Source of the DNA: Eremomyces bilateralis CBS 781.70
Taxonomy: Eukaryota
Assembly: GCA_010015585.1 (NCBI GenBank)
Contig: ML975153.1
DNA length: 50,294 nucleotides
Direction: 5' to 3' (one strand)
A program made the translations under genes and the position numbers. Position 1 is the stretch's first letter; each line of letters starts with the position of its first letter. Under the pieces are notes generated by a model, which was given only the letters and a program-made list of their open reading frames with translations, searched no databases and was not told the DNA's origin. Of this stretch, positions 23,873 to 35,570 are shown piece by piece.

Positions 23873-26621
23873 ATGCCGGATAGTTCGTCGGATGGTGGAA
23901 CTTCGATGGTTCTGCTCTCGAGGGAAAAGCCCAGGTCGAGGGTGACCTCTCCCAAAGCCGCATCGCCTCCTACCGAAAGAAAACCATCGAAGCGAAGATG
24001 CATACCAAATGCGTGTATACCGTGCAGAAAACGAAAGTCCAAAGTGAGTACCTCCGCTGTTTTTCATATTTTGTTGGTGTTTCAAGTTTCAACCGTCATA
24101 ATGGACCGGAGCAGAACTCCGGGTGCGACAGATCGCAACCTTTGCACCCTCCAATCATCATGGTCCATTCCAGAGTTGAACTTCTTTTCGCAACCCAAAA
24201 AGCTGGGTGGCCAGTGTTGAACATTTCAACGTGTTTTCATCTTTGAACGAAACTACTCAAACTGTCTTGTGGCTGATGAGGAACAATATGCACCAGGATG
24301 CAAGTCAGTGTAAACTGACTGTGTCAGTAATCTGGTCGCTGGATTGAACCGAGATTTTGGCTTCCGTTCGACATATTGCAATCTCATTGGGAACCATGAT
24401 GATGGATCTCCCACTCGCAGATATTTTCCATCGAGTCATTTCGTCAAAACATCCTACTGAATTACTGACCTGTCTAAAGTGCGATGGAGGTACACCGAAA
24501 TGTTCCACTTGCAATGCGGTATACTTCACTGCCTGCTCGTACGATACAACCCCGGAGCCGCGGAAATCTGTGACCAGGAGGGACGAGTCCACGATGTCAC
24601 CGGAACGTTCGGAGGGTGGGCTGGAAACGCAATGGAGTCCTTCGGATTTGCATTCCATGTTTCTCCCAGAAGGCGTTCTTGACCATGAAAGTCGAGAGTC
24701 AAGACGACGAGAGTCACAGGTCCCCGCTGCACAAATATCCCCTGGTTCTTGGACCAAGGTCACGTCAGACGTGTACTTCATTCAGAATGCACTAGACCGA
24801 TACTTTGCGAACGCGTTCTATACGTTACTTCTAAGGAACAACTTCATCCAGGATTTCCAATCTGGCTCGACCATCCACTGCAGTCCCATCCTTGTCAATG
24901 CCATTTGTGCATATGGCTGTCGCTTTGGGGAATCTGGACAGACGGACTATGCAGTAGCTAGCGACCAGTTCTTCACTGAAGCGCAACGGCTACTGTTCGA
25001 AGACAAAACGCCGCGTTTGACTACTGTGCAAGCATTGGCTGTCATGGGACTCCGCCAAACTGCGTCGAGCAACGAGAGTAGTGCTTTTCAGTTCATCGGA
25101 CGAGCAATGCGAATGGCCATCGATTTGGGCCTCCACCAGCAAGAGAAGGGCTCACCTCCTTTGTCTTCAGATCAAAATGATACGTTGGCACGCAGAGTGA
25201 CGTTTTGGGGATGCTACTGCTTGGATGTGTAAGAATCCCTATTCCTATCAGACCTCTTGAACTCTTCTAATTCATTTATAGAACGTTGTCCTTCTGGTTC
25301 TGCCGTATACCACAACTCGCTTCATCAGTAGTCGGTGCCGAGAGACTACTTGGATCCTCTTCTCCGTCGAACAGTCCTACAGCGTCTTATGGCAGAATAC
25401 ATGGCGCCCTATCCACGGCTCAATTGAACTCAATTGGTCCTGAACTTTTATTTCTCGATGCTCTCAGCCATTTTTGCGATTTGATGAATGAAACCGCATC
25501 CATACTATTCAGTCCTCAAGAAAAACTTACTGCTTCTCGATTATTAAACCAGCACAAGAAATACCAAGACTGGATGCGCGAGCTCCCCGATACATTACGA
25601 CTGCACGAACATGCTATTCCTCCTATCTATATCCTCCAGTAAGTCCATTCGCATATCAACTGGAGGATAATTGCTGACCACATGCAGCATGCTTTTTTTG
25701 ACTATGACGACCATTGTCTATCGTCCGCTTATCAATCTTGCAAATAACGAACAGTCCGCTCTACATGGCGTGGATTACAAAAATATGTCCATAAGTACTG
25801 CCAATGAGATAGTCACCATGGCGGTTAAATTCCGAAACATGTTTCCCCATCTAACATTTCCTCCCCTACTACCGCACATCTTCCTCTCCACCGCATCAAC
25901 ACTTCTACTCGAACCCGGCCCAGAACCACCGTTATCATATATCACCCGCGAGCTAGCAACCATGTCCGGAACCGAACCGACCGCCTTGAACGCTTTCCAT
26001 CGACTTCAATCACTCGCCACCGCGCACAGCATCCGTCTCCCCGACCTCGCTAGCTTTCCTCAACTCATCAGACCTCCCTCTCACCAAGGCCCTCGCTCCC
26101 GCGACTCTCCGGCCACCTCCAACGATGTCCGGCCACCGCTCACACGAAGCTCACACAGTTCGTCAACTGCTAGCACAGGCCCGCATACGCCCCCAGACCT
26201 TCATTACCATCATGACGTCTCCCTTCCACCTTTTCGCCAAATCGCGAATTCGTCTCTAAAGCCATGGCCAGACAACCCGACCTCAAGGCTACTGAATCAA
26301 CATTCATACGCAACGTTGCACCAGCTACCACAGTCAAGGACAGATATCGGGGGCGCCACCAACTCGTTGGGGTTGAACGGAGACACTTCAGACGCAAACC
26401 ACCGTGGGTCGCGGCCAAGTGGGTCGGATCTCTCCATCTCAGTCGCCGCGGTGATCGGTCTCCCCAAAGGAACGCGGCCCCCGAATTTGCAGCGACCACC
26501 GATCTACCCACCGACATCAAGAAGTCCCGATGTGGAGATGGGGGAAACGGACAGCCAAATTTCGAGGAAGCAGAGCGCGAGCAGTAAACGGATGGATTTG
26601 AGGGGGATGTTGGCGGATTGA
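23873..26621 (+). CDS. Zn(II)2Cys6 transcription factor with fungal-specific TF middle domain (NirA-like); exons ~23873-24043, 24480-25228, 25282-25638, 25688-26621
   Basis: The zinc cluster ACIPCRKRKSK|CDGGTPKCSTC..C is split by a 436-nt intron. Also CSPILVNAICA, LTTVQALAVMG, AMRMAIDLGLH and ARRVTFWGCY. Confidence 0.9.
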
Positions 26622-26823
26622 GGATGGGATGAGAGAATACGCGCACACGACTTCAACTGATTTATGAAATGGGGTGCAGATGGATAGGAGACTTGGTTTT
26701 GGGCATACATGGAGGCACTGATCTAAGCAACAGCTCGCGAGATAACGAGCACGTTATTACTGTACTATTGAATGGTTTATATTAGAATATTGGCTGAATA
26801 CATGCACAGCTAAGCATTGAGTC

Positions 26824-27165
26824 CTATTCGCCTTGCTCCCAACCAGTCATCTTCTCAGTCTTCGTGAGCACTGCGTCACCCAATAATTTCTCTATCCGCT
26901 CGAAGTCTCTCGCACAATCATCACTCGTGGAGGGGTTCTCTCCTTCATTCTCTTTCTTGTTACTTCCACTGGAGTATGTGCTGAGGAAGTATAAGAACGC
27001 CTCGACTTGCATCTGATGGGGGAAGCGACCGTCTCCCACCCTCACAGTCTCACTATCGACCGAACGAACGAGGGCATTTCGGCGATGTATTTGGACAAGG
27101 TTGGCAACAGTGATGAGGAGGTCGATAACTGTGAGTATGAGTCCGACGAGGTTTATGATATCCAT
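26824..27165 (-). CDS. Small hypothetical protein with N-terminal hydrophobic helix
   Basis: 113-codon ORF starting MDIINLVGLILTVIDLLITVANLV. A TATA-like sequence (atatataata) lies near 27300. No family recognised. Confidence 0.3.
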   Translation of the reverse strand: MDIINLVGLILTVIDLLITVANLVQIHRRNALVRSVDSETVRVGDGRFPHQMQVEAFLYFLSTYSSGSNKKENEGENPSTSDDCARDFERIEKLLGDAVLTKTEKMTGWEQGE

Positions 27166-27615
27166 GTTCGTTGCTATCAGTCAAGTCAGTCGAAAGTTTA
27201 GAGTGTACTAGTGCTGCGAGAGTCACTAACAATAGATATCTAGATGGAGACTTCGGAATTCGACTGCACGGTAGTAATGGGAACTGGGAAGGGATGCTCG
27301 ATATAATATTTTAGAATTAAAGCAGAAGATATGAGGGTAACGGACTCCTGAATCATAGGGGACTTGTTCTCGGGATTGAATTGGGAGATGGGAAACAATT
27401 CAGAGACACTGGTGGCCTGGAGTACGTTAAGGAGACAGGGTTCCTGGCGTTCTTAAATAAGATAATGAATCGCGAATGCGTGCCAGTTCGAACTTGCGAT
27501 CCATATCCTGTGATGTTCCTGTGATGTTCGCCACTCCCACCTCTCCCGCAAATAATTTGCCAACCCAATATGCAGGGAGAAGATGTGATACACTCCTGCC
27601 AGACAATGTTCGCCA

Positions 27616-27642
27616 CTCCGCCCCCTCCGCCCCCTCCGCCCC
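27616..27642 (+). repeat. Three tandem copies of CTCCGCCCC
   Basis: Exact 9-mer x3 read directly from the sequence. Confidence 0.85.
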
Positions 27643-28534
27643 CCAGCGAATATCCTGCCAAGTGGGAAGCTGATGATTCGGCATGGCAAACAAGTGCTGC
27701 TGCAGCTGTCGAAGCCGATTCTTGGGAATGGAAGGGTTGAGGTGGAGATGGACACTTACCCATGTTCACAAGTGCCATAGCTGATAGCCCATACTGAAGG
27801 TAGTTTGAACAAGCTCCAGCAATAATTCGAATATGCACCCCTACGGGTCTACGGAGCATGCAGTGGCCCGGGCGGTGCTTGGTAGTTGCCTCCGGTGGTA
27901 ATAACAAGATGCGCCAAGTCCCCCGTCCCAACGCATCATTTGGCTGTGACGCTGTGTTCCTTTTTTGCGGCAGCTCTCAGAATTCCAACTTCTTTCACGG
28001 TCTGTCAATGGCGAACCCGGAGGCTTACCTTGGATCCACGAGTTTCATGCCTTTTTTCCACACCGGAGCTTGAGGACTTCGTATTGTGCCTCCAACTAGA
28101 ATAATCCATCGGAGGTGATAGCACGGGAGCAAATGGCAATTATTTGCAACTCTCTTCTGCCATGGTTCCGTTCTCTTGATGTGGGCAACTAGCTGGCAGA
28201 GCGCCGATGATGAGCCGAGAAGACGCGTCCTCGACGTGTTCGTCGATCGAACTTTTCCGTGTCTTTAATGATCACTTCACATCTACCTGGTCGCAGCCTC
28301 CAACACACAAGATGGAGCAGGTTCGCAGTGTTGATGTACTTTATTACCTCGTAGGTCGGAGCGCCGAGAAAAACCTTCGGGCACTCGCACGATGCGATGG
28401 AATCATGACGTCTCCTACCTATCATTGTTTCCGGTGTGTACCGGTACTATTCTTATACAGCGAATTTGATTCCCGTTCTTTCCACATGACCAAACAAATA
28501 TTTTATGAAATGATAGCAGTGTGCGAAATTGAAA

Positions 28535-29223
28535 ATGGCGAACAACAACCATGCCTCGGGCGAACAGAACCAGAAATACGAGCCGAAGCCGGACGCGCAT
28601 GCCTTGACCGCTGGGTCTAACGTTTCCGAGGATGCGGTGGACTACGAGCCTCATCCCGAGAAATCGATCCAAGTTGAGCCACTGAGGCAGAAAATCATCA
28701 ATTCGATATGCAACCTCTACAGCGGCAGCGCAAGCGGAGAAGACATGAAAGTCTACGCGAAGGAAGCGGTATACGACGATCCTTGGAGCTATTGCGATAC
28801 CAGGTACAAGATCGCTGGGCAGTGGTGGGGTATGGCATTTTATACCTGTGTCCATCCAATGGTTCCATGCTTAATAGCCTTTCAGGAATCCCCATGATCT
28901 TCGCATCTTCGAAGACCTTGAAGACTGAAACAGTTTCCAACAAGCCCAACGAGATCACCTTCAAGCTTCAACAGGAGTACACTCCGAGAGCATTGCATTG
29001 GTCGAAGTCTATCAATTCTCTCGTGACTTTGACTCTGGATGACGAAGGTAAGGTGCGTTACCATAAGGATATGTGGAATGCCAAAGACTACAGCCATGAG
29101 GGCATTGGGATGGTCATGAAGCATCTTAATGGTGATCATCTAACCAAGGTGTGTACCCCTTGATTCTATGGTAGTATTATTTCTCACTCTGGGCAGTTCA
29201 CTAGGCCTCCAGACTGGCTCTGA
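28535..29223 (+). CDS. Small NTF2/SnoaL-like fold protein; exons 28535-28829, 28886-29148, 29197-29223
   Basis: LYSG..YAKEAVYDDPWSYCDTRYKIAGQWW/GIP..SLVTLTLD..KVRYHKDMWN. The introns give the in-frame end FTRPPDWL*. Confidence 0.75.
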
Positions 29224-29633
29224 TTTAGAGCGTTTCTTAAATGGCGTCCTTTACGTGTATTGGTGACCGATTCGTGCATCCAATATGAGGTAGGTAGTAG
29301 AGGAGCTGCAGGAAGGCTACGACTCCGCCTTCGAACTGATGTCTGATTGGCTTTGGACTTTTTGCGGTTGGGAAGAGGTGGCATGGGGCAGCACCATCCC
29401 CGAAAACAAAATGCCTCCAATACGGTATAAGGTAGCCTGCTTGGCACAGCACACGTTATTTTAATATACTCTCCTTTGGTTCAACTTTTGCTTTCATCTG
29501 TCGATACCATCATGCTCTTAGGGTAGAATATACTTTCAGTCAATGTCCAGGGGAAATTCTTTAGATTTGTCGAGTTCAATCCAGTCGATTTTTACAACAC
29601 AGTGGCGCCTAAAATTTGGCCATTTCGTTGGAT

Positions 29634-31656
29634 ATGGATCCACAACTCCCAACCCCGTCGAATCCCGACCCTTCATCCAACAAACCTGTCAAGAACGGCC
29701 GTGGGCGGCCAGCTAAGGTCCGGAAAGCCTGGAATGCTTCGATCCGCCGAAAGCTTGTCAGGCTTTACACTTCTTCTAGTCTCACCCTAGAAGACCAGAG
29801 GCGGCTTCTCGGAGACATTGCAGGAGAGTCATGCTGCGAGAGGACGATGCAGAATATACTTAAGGAAGAGCTAGGACCAAATTACAAAGATCTTCGAGCT
29901 AAGGGAAAACGTGCCAGGGGCAACATGAAGGCGAGGACAGACGATCTAAGACAGCTAAGGGATGGGAATCCAGATCCAAGCTTCCTAGAGTTCAATATGG
30001 GTGAGCTCTTCGAGTTTGACCTTGACAAATCTCTGGATAGCCGTCCTCATGCGCTGGATTCGTGGACTATTGCTCATGGTGAGAGTTTTCCAGAACTGGA
30101 ACTATTGACCAGGAACCTCAGCTGAAAGCTTTCTTGATACAGCCAATCTTCCAACAGGATCTGCTGTTGAGGCGAAAGACAAGGCTTCTAACGGTCTTCG
30201 TCTTCAGCAGAGGCTGGATGAGAACAACTGTACAGTTCGCTACACTGAATCCGTGATACGGGATGCTAGGAGTTTAGTGTTTGGACTGTCAGCTATCAAT
30301 ACCGCTGTCCGCTTTACTACTCAAAAGCCATTCGATTGGACGGTGCCGAACGCTCGACCCCGAGATCCGCTGCATTGCTGTGAGATCTCTTCTCAAACAT
30401 GCATTCATAGATCTGTCGCACAAGACCTGGTTTCGAGTACTGCCCCGGAGGACACCAACGTGTATGGTCGACTGCCTCGAAATCCACATGTTCGTGATGT
30501 GAGGAGAGACACAATTTTTCACATCGCAGCCCGAAAAGGAGCCACGCCTAAATATCTTCGGAATCTGCTCAAACATTATCCCGACTTCAATGTCAATACG
30601 GTCAACTGCTTCGGTCAGACATTCCTTCATCTTGCCAATCCGGGACAGGAGGCGGAATTGGATGAAGCAGATTTTATCTCGTTGATACAAGAAATGGCTG
30701 GAAGGAATGCAGATCTCTCGTGTAGAGATTTCAATGGACAGACTGCCCTAATGAAGATTTTGAGCGAAATCGATTCAAGTCGGGCAGAGGCATTCAACCG
30801 TTTGGTACTTAAACCAATTTTCGCTTCCTCAAATTTAGCTGCCACAACCAAGGCCTTTTTCGATTCATCCTCGGATCGATTCGGCAAGAGTGTTGAAGAC
30901 CATCTCCAAGGCATATATATTACGCCGTTTTCCATTTCATCCTATTTTTCGGGTCACGCAGAAATTATGAACCTATCAGACTGGGACCAGTTAGATGACA
31001 GGTTCGGCTACCGGTTGTCATTCGACGTTACGGAAGGTTGTACCACACTAATTGCGGCGAATAAGCCTCATCCCAGGAGCTACCGGCCCTATGTTCCCAC
31101 GGCTTCTCAAATAGCCAGCTCAATTCTCGATGACAAGGGAATAGACGCCGCATTAGAAGTCCTGAACAGTGGTGTCCTACTTAATACGTACAAGTACTGG
31201 GGCAACCTGTCTATTTGGGATGGATTCACACCGCTCCATATAGCAATCAACAGCCGCAACCGGCCCGCTATCAAGGCCGCGAAGCTAGTCCAGAAGCTCA
31301 TTGAGCGTGGTGCGAATCCCCATTGGCTCGACTACCAGGGGCGAAGTCCTCTGTGGGTTGCTGTTGAACGGGGATCGGTTGAGGTTGCCGTAATCCTCCT
31401 CAAGCACGGTGCAGATCCCAACTTCGACCCTTATGGCTTTGGGTTCATCGATGAGGATGTTATAACTGCCCGGGAGCTTGCGAGGCGTTGTCTGACTGAG
31501 CTAGACATGATGTCCGAGCCGTTGGAATATGGTCGTCGCCTTCAAATGCATCTGTTGCTCTCGGAGTACGCCTCGTCAGGGAATCTACCCCGGGAAAAGC
31601 CCTTGACGGAGGCGATTCTGCGCAATATTGGACGTCGCCAGACCGACGACGTATAG
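29634..31656 (+). CDS. Ankyrin-repeat protein with N-terminal Clr5-like helical segment; exons ~29634-30078, 30122-31656
   Basis: Ankyrin motifs DTIFHIAA, GQTFLHL, GQTALM, GFTPLHIAI and GRSPLWVAV. N-terminal WNASIRRKLVRLY. A 43-nt GTGAGA..CAG intron joins the two ORFs in frame. Confidence 0.72.
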
Positions 31657-31932
31657 CACGAAGGACTGGATGGTTAAGAGGGTTTTAAATTCGGGCAGCT
31701 TGCTTCTTATTCACGGGTTGGGCGTCTCAAGACATTGGTGTACATTCACAATATTACAGCTATTACATCCGAGCTCCTTTAGATTTCCCACAATTCAACT
31801 GGAACTTTGGAACAGCTCTGGCAACATGTTGCCATCTGGAATTCTTTCTCAGTTCATGCGAAACCCCCCAGCGCCTCAATTCGTCCACCATGAGTATACC
31901 ACACCCGAATCTATACTGTCGCGTGGTAGATT

Positions 31933-32272
31933 TCATGCCTCGCATATCAAATCAAACTCCGGCTCCAGAGGATCAGGTCCCTCATTCGTAAACGAAAACG
32001 CCGTGACTGGCGCATCCTGCTGGGCAGCATCACACTGGGCTTCATCACAGTTAGCTATACGTCCATCACCACACATAACGACAATAGTAACAGTGTGCTA
32101 CTCACATCTCTGCTCACTGCACATCTCAATCGTCAGGTCGCCATCGCTATTGTTTCCGCCATTCTGTCGTTGCTCCAGCCTCTTATCCTTCTTGTTGCCG
32201 TCTCTCGCCCCGCCACGTCGCCCATCGCCGTCTCCATTTCTGGAGGAATTGCCTCGCTTCCCGTTCCCGTTC

Positions 32273-32303
<31 letters not shown>

Positions 32304-32832
32304 TGTTTCCATTTCCATTTCCATTCCCATTTCCATTCCCATTCCCATTCCCATTCCCATTCCCATTCCCATTGCCTCCACTACCATCCCTCCCACTCCC
32401 CCGATCCCTCCCCTGCCCACCATCATCCCCACCCCGATTCCCCTGCCCCCGATCCTTGCTCTGCCTTTGCACCTCTCCCTGCCCCCTCTGCCCCTGACTC
32501 TGCCCTTCCTCCCCATCCACACCCCCATTCGCCACACTCTGACACGCATCAAACTGCACATCGCAACTCCTCTGCGCCGCGCTCTCGAAATCCGGGAAAG
32601 TGCTCCCGTCGACGGAGAATTCGCGATCGGTATTGCTGGAGGGCTCGATGGGTGGTGGGGGGCCGCCGAGGGCGCCACTGAAGGTTTGGAGGTTCGTGAG
32701 GCGTTTGGTCAGGGGGTGTGGGGAGAAGAGGAGGAAGGGAGGGAGAAAGGGGGTGGTGACGAGGTTGGGGGATGCGGTGAGGAGAGGAGCGAGGATGGAG
32801 AGGGAGAGGAGGAAAGTGGATGGGATGATCAT
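31933..32832 (-). CDS. Secreted Cys-containing protein with internal (Gly-Asn)n repeat; exons 32832-32106, 32039-31933
   Basis: Signal-peptide-like N-terminus, KR site, NLQTFSGALGG, AAQRSCDVQFDAC..AN, a GN tract, second KR, then CSEQR/SQC..FDLICEA*. Intron GTGAGT..CTAAC..AAG. Confidence 0.8.
32258..32375 (-). repeat. Coding hexanucleotide repeat (GGNAAY)n encoding Gly-Asn
   Basis: Blocks of GGGAAT, GGAAAT, GGCAAC and GGGAAC on the minus strand. Confidence 0.92.
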
Positions 32833-34044
32833 TCCTATTAAATGGAGGAAGAACCAAGCAGGGTAACGGTATTATATAGAAGATTATAAGTTGTCGCAAA
32901 AGCTAGACTCGGACATAATGCGATGGAGGCGAGTCCTGGTGACGTCAAGACATGCTACATACAGAATACCATCACAGAAAAAGAGAGAGCAATAGACGCA
33001 CGCGCCCTTTGACAAATAAATCAAGAGGATATTCGGAAAGAGAGAATCGCAAATTAATGGCAGAACAAAATGGGGGGACTATGAACGAGTTATGCAGCCA
33101 GAACGGCTCATATGATGCGGACATGAGTACCTTCTGCGACACTACAGGGGCCATCAAACCGACTCGAGTTCGTCAATCAGGCGCATTTGAAGGAACACGC
33201 GGCTGTCAGGCTACAAACCACACTCGAAATATCGTAGCTTGCGCGTTGAATTACGCATGGTGTGTGAGAAGTGGAGGTTCAGAAACGGCGATGAAACGTG
33301 AAGCCCCAGCCTCCTCGAAGCTTGTTGCGGGTTGAGGGGCGCTTATGCATTGGTGTAGCAACGTCCAGAGATAGAACATCATCCGACGGGGAATGAGCCG
33401 AGATATGGAAATATCATCTAATTAATAGACAATGGGCCATAGGGACAGAGAATCAAGCGATGGAAGCTTAAATGGACGTCGAATAGGCTGCACGTGGATA
33501 GGAATGTAAAGGTAAAGGACGTGATGGATAAATATTGGGATTTATCCAATTTATCTACCACTATTAACCACCATCCCCCCTCAGCTCCATTTCTGGAACA
33601 CTTCAACTATGCTCCCTCAAATCTATTACCTCCACCTCAAAGCCGCTTGCTTCGTATACATATGCTTGCCTTGCCACTCTATGCTCCGAATACCCATCGA
33701 AAGGCCATGAACACCTGTGGCAGGAGAGTCCCTACAGTGATCTGCTACAAGGACAAGCTCGCAATAACAGTAAGGATGCTGAAAAGGAAAGGGAGTATAG
33801 AGGCGATAGCCGACGCTATGGAGCGCGCTATGCTCTGTCTATCAACGATTCGCTGGAAAACAAACATGAAAGGATGGAACAAAGGATACGCGGCGCTTCT
33901 GAACACCGACCGCCACTTTCCGAGGAGTGACGAAGACTTCCCGAGGAAGACTAGGTACGTCGTCCGGTTATCCACAGGGTCGTGTTTTGGAACCGCATCA
34001 GACGATACTGGCCATATGCACGACATCTTTCAAAACCCCCTCCC

Positions 34045-34812
34045 TTAGAAATTTGCCGCCGGGTTCGATTTCACTCCCCCGCTCGTCACCGTCGCGCCGC
34101 TACTCTCCGGCTTCCTCGACTCATCCCCCTCCGCGCGACCGGTCGTCCACACCTCGTCCTCATCCCACCTCTGCTTCTTCTTTCCCCATAGCCTCCATGC
34201 GACGATGGCGATGCCGCCGAGCAAGATGGCACCCCCGACGCCGCCGACGACGCCGCCGATGATCTTCTTCTTGTCAGACGATAGGCCGGAGGAGGGTTCG
34301 GCACCGTCGCCGGAGTTAACGGCGGGCGCGCCGGTAACGGTGGCGAAGCCGGTGGTGCTGGCAGCGAGGGTGGAGGAGATCATTTCGCTGGTGCGGGTGA
34401 CGCCGGAGTCGTCGATGGTGATGATGGTGGTGGTGAAGGCGACGGGGATGGAGGTGACGAGGGCGGAGGTGAAAGTGGAGGATTCGGGAGCGCTGAAGGA
34501 GGCGGAGGTGGAAGAGGGCCGAGGAGAGGATGTCGACGATGGGGGTGCGACGGAGCTGCTGGTTGAGGAGGGTGGTGGTGGATCAACAATGGACGTGGAT
34601 GACGGCGGGTCGGGTGAGCTTGTTGATGGCGGTGGTGCGGGTGATGAGGTTGGTGATGACGTCGGATCCGGTACCGGTAGGATGGTCGCGCCCGTGTTGA
34701 GGGAGATTTGTCGTTTGGCCATGGCTTCTCGGACGACGGGATCGGGTTCCTCTTGCGCCATGGTTGAGGCGACGAGAAGGAAGGCTGTCGAAGCCCAGGT
34801 GGCGAGACGCAT
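34045..34812 (-). CDS. Mid2-like single-pass cell-wall sensor (signal peptide, S/T/P-rich ectodomain, TM, short tail)
   Basis: MRLATWASTAFLLVASTMA, an S/T/P-rich region, KKKIIGGVVGGVGGAILLGGIAIVAWRLWGKKK and C-terminal NPAANF. Confidence 0.85.
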   Translation of the reverse strand: MRLATWASTAFLLVASTMAQEEPDPVVREAMAKRQISLNTGATILPVPDPTSSPTSSPAPPPSTSSPDPPSSTSIVDPPPPSSTSSSVAPPSSTSSPRPSSTSASFSAPESSTFTSALVTSIPVAFTTTIITIDDSGVTRTSEMISSTLAASTTGFATVTGAPAVNSGDGAEPSSGLSSDKKKIIGGVVGGVGGAILLGGIAIVAWRLWGKKKQRWDEDEVWTTGRAEGDESRKPESSGATVTSGGVKSNPAANF

Positions 34813-35524
34813 CGTGACTATGTCCTCGCCTTTCGCTGAGGAAGCCTTGTCGGTTGAATGATTCGAAAAGGTTATCAATCGATGGATAAACGGTCAGGCG
34901 AGACTTGAAGCGAATATCGAATATCAACAAAGGTCTTGTGGTGGTAGTGGAAAGATGCGCTGCTAACGTGCAAACGCTGCAGTGAGATCGACAAGTCGAA
35001 GATCAGGGGCTTGTTAGGTTGTTTGCGCCTGCTTCCACTTCGGTTGAATCTGCCCAATATACAAAGGGTATCACGATGAGTCCAAGTATGAAAACGAATG
35101 AACAGAAACCAAACGAGGGAATGCTGTGGAAGACGCAACGTTGGTGTGAGCAGAACGTTGATATGATGACACAGGAGAGGATGAGACAGGGAGGGGAGCT
35201 GGTGAATTTTTAGGGTCTTACAAACCCTTCGTCCACAACACCGGACGCCCCGATACATCCGCGATCCGCAACTTTAACACCAATTGAGTTTAGCGCATTC
35301 GTTCGATTGTAACCTTGCAGGCGGGTTTGGTTGATGCCCCATATTAAATGAACATAGAGGAAATCTAAATATTTTTTGTTACCTTACGTAATTTTCGATT
35401 TCCTTAGCAACGACATGACAACAAACTAATCGACGGAATACTACGGAGCACCGAGTTACTTTATCATTAAAGCGTGTCTGTAACTTACAAGTTAACAAGT
35501 ATCACTGATCTATCATCTACTTAC

Positions 35525-35570
35525 AAGTACAGCAGCTACATACAAAGTACAGCAGCTACATACATAGTAC
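35525..35570 (+). repeat. 20-bp tandem duplication AAGTACAGCAGCTACATACA x2 plus partial copy
   Basis: Exact copies at 35525-35544 and 35545-35564. Confidence 0.85.

Noticed and set aside
24248..24281. CGAAAC...GTC...CTGATGAG resembling a hammerhead ribozyme core
   Set aside because: Stems I, II and III cannot be formed around the core nucleotides.
31628..32841. Plus-strand ORFs with (FP)n, (IP)n and (VA)n repeats
   Set aside because: Antisense readings of the Gly-Asn repeat gene, which has the signal peptide and a canonical intron.
33494..34048. 184-aa plus-strand ORF
   Set aside because: Non-ATG start and no motifs; it lies antisense to the 3' UTR of the Mid2-like gene.
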